This document shows positions 54,514 through 63,806 of a stretch of DNA of 64,000 nucleotides, piece after piece. The translations under genes and the position numbers were made by a program. Source of the stretch: an uncultured Bacteroidales bacterium (GTDB lineage: Bacteria > Bacteroidota > Bacteroidia > Bacteroidales > VadinHA17); contig CAWEYU010000005.1 of NCBI GenBank assembly GCA_963813405.1, forward strand, positions 28,122-92,121. Direction: 5' to 3'. A model generated the notes under the pieces. That model was not told the DNA's origin and made no database searches. It saw only the letters and a program-made list of their open reading frames with translations. Every line of letters begins with the position of its first letter. Positions within the stretch are counted from its first letter, which is position 1.

Positions 54514-57282
54514 ATGAAGTATTTAAAATTCCTTTTAAGTCCCGTTTTTATGGGAATATTGTTTGTGCTATTTGCCCTTTCAATGGCCGTTGCCACATTT
54601 ATAGAAAATGATTTTGGTTCTGCTGCTGCTTACAGTTTTGTTTATGATACAAAATGGTTTGAATTTATTCTTTTGTTGCTTGTAGTAAATCTGACAGGAC
54701 AGATACTTGAATATAAATTATATAGAAAGGCAAAACTTACGGTTTTCTTGTTCCATGCAGCATTTATTATTATGATAATCGGTGCCGGTATTACAAGATA
54801 TTTTGGTTATGAAGGTTCGATTCACATACGGGAAGGAAAAGAGGAAAACAAATGCTTCTCGACCGCAAAATATATAGGATATTCCATAAAGGATGAACAG
54901 GGAAATCTGTTGGCGGAGAACTCAAGGAAATACACTCTCACATCAAAGACTGCAGATAACTACAGTAGCAGTATAAATGCAGGTGGTGAAAAATATGAAA
55001 TAGTATTGAACAGTATCATACCGAATGCCGCTAAATCAGTTTCTGCCGATAGTGTTGAATCGGCAGTTGGTATTAATCCATCAGAACATGAAACCGGAGA
55101 AAATGCATTTATTTTCTCCCTGTCTGTAGGTGGGAAAACCATAAAAACTACTCTTTGGGACAAAGAAAACCAGAACACGGCAACAAACTATATAAACCTG
55201 AATGGTAAAAGCGTTGAGCTGTTTTATGGTTCAAAAGTTACAGCTCTTCCTTATAGTATCAGACTTAATAAGTTCATGCTTGAAAGATATCCCGGATCCA
55301 ATAGCCCATCCGGCTATAAGAGCGATGTAGTCCTAATTGATAAGGCTGCAAATACGGAAAAACCATTTATGATCTTTATGAATAATATTTTGAAATATAA
55401 AGGATACCGCTTTTATCAGTCATCTTTCGATCAGGATGAACTGGGGACAATTCTTTCTGTAAATCATGATAATGCAGGAATGCTGGTAAGTTATTCGGGT
55501 TATGCTATTCTCTTCCTTTTCATTATACTTTCGATTATCAACAAAAACTCGGTATTCCATAATGTAAATGCCGGTTACTGGAATTCTCCTTTCAGAAAGA
55601 CAATATCTGTTTTGATACTTCTGGTTTTCCTTGGCGGATTCAGTACTTTAAACGCTCAGAAACTTGTCCCGGATAAAAAAGCGGCTGAAGAGTTTGGGAA
55701 AGTGCTTGTTCAGGATCAGAAAGGAAGAACCAAACCTCTGTTTACTCTAAGTAATGATATACTCAGAAAAGTGACAAGAGAAAATGAATTTGAGGGGATG
55801 AATTCCATGCAGGTATTCCTTGGTTTATACTTTGATTTTACTGACTGGAAAAGTATACCTCTTATCAGGGTCTCAAATAAGGACATACAGAATACAATAG
55901 GTATCACTGGTAGCATGGCCTCATTTGACGATCTGGTTAACCTTGGCAGCGGAGGAAAATATAAACTCGCAGATGATGTTGCAAAGGCTTATGGAAAGGC
56001 GCCCGGCGAACGAAATAAATTTGACAAGGAGGTAATGAAGGTTGATGAAAGAGTTAACATCGTATATATGATCTATTCCGGAGAATTTATGAAGCTTTTT
56101 CCTCTTAAAAACAACACTCATAACTGGGGTACTTCTGAAGAAGCCATTAAGACAGCTATCAGCAAAGACGATTCCCTCTATCTGACATCTATTTTGCCTA
56201 TGTTTGCTGAAGCCCTGAACAACAAGAACATATCTTCTGCAAGTCAAATAGCCGGTTCGATCACCGATTACCAGAACAGGTTTGCAGGCTATACCCTTCC
56301 TTCAAAATCAAAGACAAATGCAGAAATTCTCTATTATAAAGCAAAGATATTTGAACGCCTGTTCCCGATTTATGCAACAATAGGGTTGGTCATGCTTATT
56401 GGTCTGCTGATAATGGTCATCAGTGGCAGGAAGAAGGGATCCCTGTTTGTCAAAGCGCTTGGGTGGCTGCTTTTTGCAGGATTCCTGTTTCATACGGCTG
56501 GCCTCGGACTGAGATGGTATATAGCCGGTCATTCACCAATGAGCAATGGTTATGAATCTATGATCTTTATTTCGTGGGTGACTCTTCTTGCAGGTTTTAT
56601 TTTCAGCCGTAAATCGGCATTTGCACTCTCGGCTACAGCTGTACTGGCTTCTATGACACTTATGGTTGCCCACCTTAGTTTTATGGATCCCGAGATCACA
56701 AACCTGGTACCTGTCCTTAAATCTTACTGGCTTACTCTCCATGTTTCTGTAATTACCGGAAGCTACGGATTCCTTGGGCTGGGAGCAATACTGGGATTAA
56801 TTACCATGATCCTTCTTGCTCTCTCAAACAGCAAAAACTATGAAAGGATTGGCGCAACAATTGATGAGCTGACGGTAATAAATTATAAGACTCTGACCCT
56901 TGGTCTTTATTTTCTGACAATTGGAACATTTCTTGGAGCTGTATGGGCCAATGAATCGTGGGGTCGTTACTGGGGCTGGGATCCCAAGGAGACATGGTCG
57001 CTGATTACGGTAATTATTTATAGTCTTGTTATTCATTCAAGACAGATTCCTTCATTGAAAGACGTTTACTCTTTTAACATTCTGTCTCTCTTCGCATTTT
57101 CGTGTGTGCTGATGACATACTTTGGTGTAAACTATTACCTGTCAGGTCTTCATTCATATGCATCGGGAGATCCTGTTCCGGTGCCATCCTTTGTTTATAT
57201 AACGGTGATTTTACTTGCAGCATTGTCACTGGTTGCAAACCGTAAATATAATATCTGGAAAAAGGCAGCAGGGGGAATGTAG
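54514..57282 (+). CDS. ccsBA: fused system-II cytochrome c biogenesis protein CcsBA (ResB-like plus CcsA)
   Basis: 922 aa. A ResB-like N-terminal half with a large periplasmic loop. A CcsA half with the WWD motif WGRYWGWDPKETW and conserved TM His residues. Confidence 0.85.
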   Translation: MKYLKFLLSPVFMGILFVLFALSMAVATFIENDFGSAAAYSFVYDTKWFEFILLLLVVNLTGQILEYKLYRKAKLTVFLFHAAFIIMIIGAGITRYFGYEGSIHIREGKEENKCFSTAKYIGYSIKDEQGNLLAENSRKYTLTSKTADNYSSSINAGGEKYEIVLNSIIPNAAKSVSADSVESAVGINPSEHETGENAFIFSLSVGGKTIKTTLWDKENQNTATNYINLNGKSVELFYGSKVTALPYSIRLNKFMLERYPGSNSPSGYKSDVVLIDKAANTEKPFMIFMNNILKYKGYRFYQSSFDQDELGTILSVNHDNAGMLVSYSGYAILFLFIILSIINKNSVFHNVNAGYWNSPFRKTISVLILLVFLGGFSTLNAQKLVPDKKAAEEFGKVLVQDQKGRTKPLFTLSNDILRKVTRENEFEGMNSMQVFLGLYFDFTDWKSIPLIRVSNKDIQNTIGITGSMASFDDLVNLGSGGKYKLADDVAKAYGKAPGERNKFDKEVMKVDERVNIVYMIYSGEFMKLFPLKNNTHNWGTSEEAIKTAISKDDSLYLTSILPMFAEALNNKNISSASQIAGSITDYQNRFAGYTLPSKSKTNAEILYYKAKIFERLFPIYATIGLVMLIGLLIMVISGRKKGSLFVKALGWLLFAGFLFHTAGLGLRWYIAGHSPMSNGYESMIFISWVTLLAGFIFSRKSAFALSATAVLASMTLMVAHLSFMDPEITNLVPVLKSYWLTLHVSVITGSYGFLGLGAILGLITMILLALSNSKNYERIGATIDELTVINYKTLTLGLYFLTIGTFLGAVWANESWGRYWGWDPKETWSLITVIIYSLVIHSRQIPSLKDVYSFNILSLFAFSCVLMTYFGVNYYLSGLHSYASGDPVPVPSFVYITVILLAALSLVANRKYNIWKKAAGGM

Positions 57283-57313
57283 TGCGGGGCTGCGACTCCG
57301 CACTGCATTTTTG
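57281..57313 (+). terminator. rho-independent terminator after ccsBA
   Basis: Stem agtgcgg / ccgcact (57281-57287 / 57298-57304), then gcattttt. Confidence 0.6.
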
Positions 57314-57643
57314 GGTGGAAGATGGCAATCCCCCCCTGTTTTCAGTCACCAAATAATCGTCCGATTATTTGGTAGTATTCTTCCGAATTACCTTTTAATA
57401 AAATTAGCAAAACTAATTTAATATTGAGGTCTTCATTCCAATACAAGACATGTTACTATTATAAATCATCATTATATACTTAAATATGTGTGATTTATGT
57501 AATATTTTCAGGTAATTGTGTAATGTTTACCACAACTGAAAAATTTACCTTTACTCTGCGAAAATTTCATCTTAACTGAAAACTATTGGTAATCAGTTAA
57601 ATACAAGGGTCTTCAATTGCACAAGACTTAATCGAAAATCGAT

Positions 57644-60376
57644 ATGAATAAAAGTGTAAGGTCGGATTTGTTGACCATTGCTGAGAAAGAAAAAGCAAAA
57701 CGTGAAAAGGAATTGGTTATTGCTAATGCAGAACTTGCAGCGGAATTGGTCATTGCTGATGGAGAGAAAGCTGAACGTGCTGCAGAGTTAGTCATTGCTG
57801 ATGAAGAAAAAGCAAAGCGTGAAAAGGAATTAGTTATTGCTAACGTAGAGAAAGCTGAACGTGCTGCAGAGTTAGTCATTGCTGAGGAAGAGAAAGCAGA
57901 ACGTGAAGCAGAGTTAGTCATTGCTGAGGAAGAGAAAGCAAAACGTGAAGCAGAGTTAGTCATTGCTGAGGAAGAGAAAGCAAAACGTGAAGCAGAGTTA
58001 GTCATTGCTGAGGAAGAGAAAGCAAAACGTGAAGCAGAGTTAGTCATTGCTGAGGAAGAGAAAGCAAAACGTGAAGCAGAGTTAGTCGTTGCGAACGAAG
58101 AGAAAGCAAAGCGTGCTTCAGAGTTAGTTATTGCCAACGCGGAGAAAACAAAACGTGCTGCAGAATTAGTTATTGCGAACTCAGAGAGAGCAAAACGTGC
58201 TGCAGCGTTAGTTATTGCGAACTTTGAGAAAGAAAAACGTGCAGATGAATTAATCATCGCTGACAAGGAACTTGTCTTTCAAAACGAAGAAAAGGTAAAA
58301 CGTGCAGCAGAGTTTGTCATCGCTGATGTAATTAATACAAAACGTGCAGCAGAGTTAGTCATTGCCAAGATTGAGAAAGCAAAACGGATAGCAAAGTCAA
58401 TCAATGCCGACAAAGAACTTTCTTTTCAAACAGAAGAAAAATCAAAACGGGCAGCAGAGTTAGTCATTGCTGACGCAGAGAAAGCAAAACGTGAAGCTGA
58501 GTTAGTCATTGCGAATATTAAGCAAGCCAAACGTTCCGCTGAGTTAGTCATTGCGAACGTAGAGAAAGCAAAACGTTCTGCAGAGTTAGTCATTGCAAAC
58601 AAAGAACTTGTTTATCAAAAAAGCGAAAAATCAAAACGTGCTGCAGAGTTAATCATTGCGAACGTAGACAAAGCAAAACGTTCTGCAGAGTTAGTGATTG
58701 CGAATATAGAGAAAGCAAAACGTGCTGCGGAGTTAGTCATGGTGAATAAAGACCTCGTGCTGGCGAAAGAGAAGGCAAAACACACAACAGAGTTAATTAT
58801 TATTAACAAAAAACTTAACCTTCAAATTGAAAAGAACCTTCAAACTGACCAAGCACTGAAGGAAAGTAATGAGAAGTATTTAGAGGCTTTCAAGTCAGCA
58901 CCATATTCAATCACTATAGTGAGAATTACAGATGGAAAGTTTATAGAAGTTAACGATGTTTTTATATCAATTTCAGGTTTCACCAGAGAAGAGGCATTAA
59001 ACAATTCAACGGTTGGACTTGACATATGGGTAGATAAAGAAGAACGAAATTGGGTAATCTCATCCCTTCTTGATGGCAGGGATGTAATGGGGAAAGAATT
59101 CCTGTTCAAAAAAAAGAATGGGGAAATCATTACGGGTTTGTTTTCCGCAAAAATCATTAAACTCAATAACGAACTATGCATTATATCCAGTATCAATGAC
59201 ATCACAATGATGAAGCATACTGAATCAGAATTAATTAAAGCCAAAAATAAGGCTGAAGAAAGCGACAGGTTGAAATCCGCATTCCTTACTAACATGAGTC
59301 ATGAAATACGCACTCCCATGAATGGCATTCTTGGTTTTGCGGAACTTTTAAAAGAACCTAACTTAACAATTGATGAACAACAAGATTATATACAGACGAT
59401 GCAGATTAGTGGAGCCCGTATGCTCAGTACCATCAACAGTATTGTTGATATGTCTAAAATTGAATCAGGACTTATAAGAATTGACATTAAGGAAACGAAT
59501 CTTAACGAGAAGATTGAATTTACTTATAAGTTCTTCAAACCAGAAGTTGAGATTAAAGGATTGCAGTTTTTATTTAAAAATGGTTTGCCATCAAAGGAAG
59601 CCATCATTAAAACAGACAATGAAAAAGTCTATGGAATACTGACTAATCTTGTTAGAAATGCCATTAAGTTTACTTATGAAGGTTCAATTGAATTTGGCTA
59701 TGAGAAAAAGGGGGAATACCTTGAATTCTTTGTAAAAGACACAGGCATAGGTATTCCAGGGAATCAGAAGGAACTAATTTTTGAGAGATTCAGGCAGGGT
59801 AGTGAATCACATGACCGAAGTTATGAAGGCAGTGGCTTGGGTTTATCCATTTCGAAATCCTATGTAGAAATGCTTGGTGGCAGGATATGGGTGGAAAGTG
59901 AAGAAGGGAAAGGTTCAACATTTTATTTTACCATTCCTTACATTTCTGTATCAGAAGAAAAAGTCACAATCGAAAATGTTGTTTCCGCAGAGAATAAAGA
60001 AGTTCAGTTAAATAACCTGAAAATATTGATTGTCGAAGACGATGAAATTTCATATTCACTGCTCTCAAGAACGATTCAGAAAATCAGTAAAGAAGTATTA
60101 CATGCAATAACTGGTGTTGAAGCAGTTGAGGTTTGTCGTAATAACCCAGACCTTGATTTGGTATTAATGGACATTAGAATGCCCAAAATGGATGGACATG
60201 AAGCCACACGTCAAATCCGTCAATTCAATAAAGAAGTAATCATAATTGCACAAACAGCCTATGCCTTTGCTGGTGACAGCGAAAAGGCGTTGGAAGCGGG
60301 ATGCAATGATTATATTTCTAAACCCATTAACAAGACGTTATTGTACGATTTAATAAAAAAGTATGTTAATAAATAG
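57644..60376 (+). CDS. hybrid sensor histidine kinase with a repeat-built N-terminus of about 390 aa (repeats, PAS, HisKA, HATPase_c, REC)
   Basis: PAS (SAPYSITIVRITDGKFIEVND). H-box LTNMSHEIRTPMNGILGF. G-box GSGLGLSISKSYVEMLGG. Receiver ILIVEDDEIS...LVLMDIRMPKMDG. No TM segment is seen. Confidence 0.85.
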   Translation: MNKSVRSDLLTIAEKEKAKREKELVIANAELAAELVIADGEKAERAAELVIADEEKAKREKELVIANVEKAERAAELVIAEEEKAEREAELVIAEEEKAKREAELVIAEEEKAKREAELVIAEEEKAKREAELVIAEEEKAKREAELVVANEEKAKRASELVIANAEKTKRAAELVIANSERAKRAAALVIANFEKEKRADELIIADKELVFQNEEKVKRAAEFVIADVINTKRAAELVIAKIEKAKRIAKSINADKELSFQTEEKSKRAAELVIADAEKAKREAELVIANIKQAKRSAELVIANVEKAKRSAELVIANKELVYQKSEKSKRAAELIIANVDKAKRSAELVIANIEKAKRAAELVMVNKDLVLAKEKAKHTTELIIINKKLNLQIEKNLQTDQALKESNEKYLEAFKSAPYSITIVRITDGKFIEVNDVFISISGFTREEALNNSTVGLDIWVDKEERNWVISSLLDGRDVMGKEFLFKKKNGEIITGLFSAKIIKLNNELCIISSINDITMMKHTESELIKAKNKAEESDRLKSAFLTNMSHEIRTPMNGILGFAELLKEPNLTIDEQQDYIQTMQISGARMLSTINSIVDMSKIESGLIRIDIKETNLNEKIEFTYKFFKPEVEIKGLQFLFKNGLPSKEAIIKTDNEKVYGILTNLVRNAIKFTYEGSIEFGYEKKGEYLEFFVKDTGIGIPGNQKELIFERFRQGSESHDRSYEGSGLGLSISKSYVEMLGGRIWVESEEGKGSTFYFTIPYISVSEEKVTIENVVSAENKEVQLNNLKILIVEDDEISYSLLSRTIQKISKEVLHAITGVEAVEVCRNNPDLDLVLMDIRMPKMDGHEATRQIRQFNKEVIIIAQTAYAFAGDSEKALEAGCNDYISKPINKTLLYDLIKKYVNK
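57671..58840 (+). repeat. in-frame array of about 27 units of a 14-residue (42-bp) repeat, ELVIA-x2-EKAKR-x-A
   Basis: Units 57908-58075 are four perfect 42-bp copies (gcagagttagtcattgctgaggaagagaaagcaaaacgtgaa). A fifth copy (57866-57907) differs by 1 nt. The remaining units are diverged. Three units are 21 aa (inserting KEL-x-[FY]Q-x). Confidence 0.9.
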
Positions 60377-60379
60377 AAA

Positions 60380-62767
60380 ATGGATTCTATAGATAAGACC
60401 AAAGAAGAACTAATAAAAGAGTTACACAAATTGCATGAGAAGTATGATTTATTAAAAACATCATATTCAAAAGACATTATCAGACACAAGCAGACAGAAC
60501 AAACACTTATAAAATGTGAGAACAATTTAAAAGAAAGAATTAGAGAACTAATAGGTATTTATTCACTTGGAAATTTAGCAGAAGAATTTACCAGACTTGA
60601 AGATATTTACTATGCATTTGTAAATAATGTTGTACCCGAAAGTTTGCAGTTTCCTGAAAAAGTTTTTGTTTCGCTTGAAATTGATAGAAAAAAATATAAC
60701 AATATTGAAAACTTCAAACTGTCAGAAAGCCAAAAATATTTATCTGCACCGATTAAAATATATGGTAAGCAAACAGGAGAATTAATCGTGTCTTACATAA
60801 AAGATTTACCATTTATTGATTTTCTTGACCAGAACCTTATAAACAGCTATGCAAAAAGGATATCAAAAATTACTGAGCGCATTAAAACAAAACAAACCCT
60901 TGAGGAAAGTGAATCTTCATTACGGGATGCTCAGGAAATTGCAAAGATGGGTAATTGGGAACTTGATTTAATTAATCAAAAGGTAAAATGGTCAGAAAAT
61001 TGTTATGTCCTTTATGGCTTAAAACCGTTTGAAATTGAACCCACTTTCGAATATTTCAAAAGCAGAATACACCCTGATGATTTGCATTTGGTTGATGACG
61101 CTATTAAAAATATTATAAGGTACAAAATACCACATACTTCTGAATTGCGAATAATCTTTCCTGATGGAACAATTAGATGGTTTCAGAACGACATGATTCT
61201 AATTTTTCAAGGTGATAAACCTGTTGCAATAAAAGGAATTAATCTCGATATCACGGAGCGCAAACAAGCTGCGATGAATTTAGCAGAATCAAATCTATTT
61301 TATTTACAAATTATTAATAGTTTAGATGAAGGAGTCATTGTTTATGACCCTAATTTGCAATATAAAGTATGGAATCATTTTATGGAAGAGTTGTCAGGGA
61401 TTCCCGCAAAACAAGTTTTAGGTAAATATCCCACTGAGGTATTTCCTTTCTTAGAAGAGGTAGGTGTAATTAAAAACCTTAAATGCGTATTAAATGGTGA
61501 GAATATTGATGCTCTTGATTTTCCTTTTCATATGCCCCTATCTGGAAAATCTGGTTGGAGTTCAGATAAAAATATGTCCGTTCGAAATATGAATGGAGAA
61601 ATTATTGGGGTCATTGGAACTGTTCATGATATCACTGAACGCAAGAACTGGGAAGAACGCCTGAAGAGTATTAATGAACGGTTCTTCCTTGCAACTACTG
61701 CTGCTTCTATCAGTGTCTGGGAGCATGATTTTATTACAGATATGATTCAAATAGATGATAATTTTAATAAGATATATGGTAATACTCAGGGTAAATATCA
61801 AATCGAATTCAACGAATTTATCAAATTTATTTACCCTGATGATGTTGATATTATTAAAACAAATATTGAAGAAGCAATAAAATCGGATAAAAACATGAAT
61901 TTTGAATTCAGAATTATTAAACCTGATGGCAATATCAGAAATATCAGTGCTTATGGTAAAATAGTAAAAGATAAAACTAATAAACCTATAAAGTTTATTG
62001 GTGTAAATATGGATATATCTGATTTTAAGAAAGCCGAACTCAAAATGAAAGAAAATGAAAGAAAATTACTCCAACTAAATACCGACAAAGACCGCTTTAT
62101 ATCAATTCTCGGACACGATTTAAGCAGTCCATTCAATAACTTGCTTGGTCTATCAGAAGTCTTGATAGAAGACATACACAAACTCAATAAAGACGAAATT
62201 GAAGATATCGCAAAGGATATTAATGAATCTGCACATCGCTCTTTTGATTTATTGGAAGATTTATTGAAGTGGGCAAGAGCACAGCAAGGCAATATACTTT
62301 TCAAACCACAAATATTAAGTTTTAGAGATATTTGTCTGAATGTGGTTGATATTCTTAAACCGAATGCCTATGCAAAAAACATCACAATCAATTATTCCAC
62401 ACCAGGGGATTTAAATGTTTTTGCTGATATTGATATGTTAAAAACGGTATTAAGAAACCTTGTTTCGAATGCAATTAAATTTACAAACAAAGGCGGAGCA
62501 ATAAATATTAATGCTGAAGAAAATTTTGAAAATGTAACTATTTCGGTTTCGGACAATGGAATAGGAATAGCACCTGATGATTTAAAGAAACTGTTTGATA
62601 TGTCAGAAGTTATTACAACAAAAGGTACGGCAGAAGAAACAGGAACAGGTCTGGGATTATTGCTTTGTAAAGAATTTGTGGAAAGACATGGTGGTAAAAT
62701 TTGGGTAGAGAGTGAAGTAGGTAAAGGGAGTGATTTTAAATTTACTTTGCCAATATCTGTAGAATAA
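60380..62767 (+). CDS. cytoplasmic multi-PAS sensor histidine kinase
   Basis: Starts 3 nt after the upstream stop. It has several PAS/PAC-like blocks (e.g. IRWFQNDMILIF, DITERK occurring twice), an H-box ISILGHDLSSPFNNL and a G-box GTGLGLLLCKEFVERHGG. Confidence 0.8.
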   Translation: MDSIDKTKEELIKELHKLHEKYDLLKTSYSKDIIRHKQTEQTLIKCENNLKERIRELIGIYSLGNLAEEFTRLEDIYYAFVNNVVPESLQFPEKVFVSLEIDRKKYNNIENFKLSESQKYLSAPIKIYGKQTGELIVSYIKDLPFIDFLDQNLINSYAKRISKITERIKTKQTLEESESSLRDAQEIAKMGNWELDLINQKVKWSENCYVLYGLKPFEIEPTFEYFKSRIHPDDLHLVDDAIKNIIRYKIPHTSELRIIFPDGTIRWFQNDMILIFQGDKPVAIKGINLDITERKQAAMNLAESNLFYLQIINSLDEGVIVYDPNLQYKVWNHFMEELSGIPAKQVLGKYPTEVFPFLEEVGVIKNLKCVLNGENIDALDFPFHMPLSGKSGWSSDKNMSVRNMNGEIIGVIGTVHDITERKNWEERLKSINERFFLATTAASISVWEHDFITDMIQIDDNFNKIYGNTQGKYQIEFNEFIKFIYPDDVDIIKTNIEEAIKSDKNMNFEFRIIKPDGNIRNISAYGKIVKDKTNKPIKFIGVNMDISDFKKAELKMKENERKLLQLNTDKDRFISILGHDLSSPFNNLLGLSEVLIEDIHKLNKDEIEDIAKDINESAHRSFDLLEDLLKWARAQQGNILFKPQILSFRDICLNVVDILKPNAYAKNITINYSTPGDLNVFADIDMLKTVLRNLVSNAIKFTNKGGAININAEENFENVTISVSDNGIGIAPDDLKKLFDMSEVITTKGTAEETGTGLGLLLCKEFVERHGGKIWVESEVGKGSDFKFTLPISVE

Positions 62768-62813
62768 TCAAATGGCATAAACAATTGATTAGATATCACA
62801 AAAAATTGTAAAT

Positions 62814-63269
62814 TTGGATATATGGTCATTGTTTTGGTATACGTTTATCAGAATACAATTTTCAATAAAAGATTATCCTTTGAGTAAAAATCAACAAATA
62901 ATATCACCCTCTAAGAACACGCCAGAGGTCATTCTTGAACCGAAAGGGACTATTAAATTTACAGGTCGGTTAATTCCTGAAAATGCCGAGGACTTCTTTA
63001 ATCCAATAGAGGAATGGATAGATGAATATTTTTGTAATCCTGCTGAAATTACCTGCGTTGAAATTTGTCTTGAATATATTAACAGTGTCGGTACTAAGTA
63101 TTTACTTGACTTAATTCATAAAATTACACATAGTCATCTCAAGAAAAATAATGACAAGTTCATAATTAACTGGTACTACAAAGATGAAGATGAAGATATA
63201 CTCGAAAAAGGGAATTTTTTTTCTTCATACTTAGACGTACCCTTTAACTTTATCAGGATAATCAGATAA
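62814..63269 (+). CDS. SiaC-like (DUF1987) regulatory protein
   Basis: The core TPEVILEPKGTIKFTGRLIPENAEDFFNPIEEWIDEY matches my memory of DUF1987. The track start is TTG 62814, which sits inside a TAAATTTG -7 motif (62809-62816). An in-frame TTG at 62880 (MSKNQQIISPSKNTPEV...) is a more plausible start. Confidence 0.55.
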   Translation: MDIWSLFWYTFIRIQFSIKDYPLSKNQQIISPSKNTPEVILEPKGTIKFTGRLIPENAEDFFNPIEEWIDEYFCNPAEITCVEICLEYINSVGTKYLLDLIHKITHSHLKKNNDKFIINWYYKDEDEDILEKGNFFSSYLDVPFNFIRIIR

Positions 63270-63554
63270 TTCTTAATTTCCACATACTTTCGAGATTATT
63301 TTAATGAATATTTAATAATCCAAGGTGACACTTTCTATTCTATCCTGCCCTGAAAACTGGGTACTTATATTTAAATGCTGAAAAGCCTTGTGATTAAGGA
63401 AGTTAGAATAAGGGTGAACAATAGACTTTTTTTAATTAAAAACATGTATTTTGCAACGTATAATTAGAATATGATTAGAAGAAATTAATTGTTATAAAAA
63501 CACTGAAGACAACTATCATAAATTCAGATAATTGCCTTCGTTGTTTTTTATTGG

Positions 63555-63632
63555 TGGGGTGGAAGATGGGGCTCGAACCCACGACCTTCGGAACCACAAT
63601 CCGACGTTCTAACCGACTGAACTACATCCACC
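63555..63632 (-). tRNA. tRNA-His (anticodon GTG) with genomically encoded G-1 and CCA
   Basis: Hand-folded cloverleaf on the minus strand. Acceptor GTGGATG/CTTCCAC (one U-U mismatch). D arm GTTC-AGTCGGTTA-GAAC. Anticodon arm TCGGA-TTGTGGT-TCCGA. T arm GTGGG-TTCGAGC-CCCAT. Discriminator C, then CCA. An extra 5-prime G pairs with C73. Confidence 0.85.
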
Positions 63633-63806
63633 GTATTTGGTTAGCAAAATAAGACCAAAAATTTCATAATACAAAATTTTGAAATTCTTTTCTCATAGTA
63701 TTAAGCAATTAGTATCTTTAACCGGTTCAAAAAGAAATGAACCGGCTGTTACAATTATTTCGGCTATAATTTGTTATCAGATGTAAGTAAATTTCTTTTC
63801 AGAGTA

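Noticed and set aside
57866-58075. Five near-identical 42-bp direct repeats that could superficially suggest a CRISPR array.
   Set aside because: The repeats are contiguous with no spacers. They are in frame within a long ORF and grade into diverged copies of the same coding unit.
57628-58266. 212-aa minus-strand ORF with its own striking repeat (SSSAMTNSASRFAF...).
   Set aside because: It is the antisense reading of the 42-bp repeat array inside the kinase gene. It has no independent start context, signal or domain. The plus-strand frame continues into bona fide PAS/HisKA/HATPase/REC domains.
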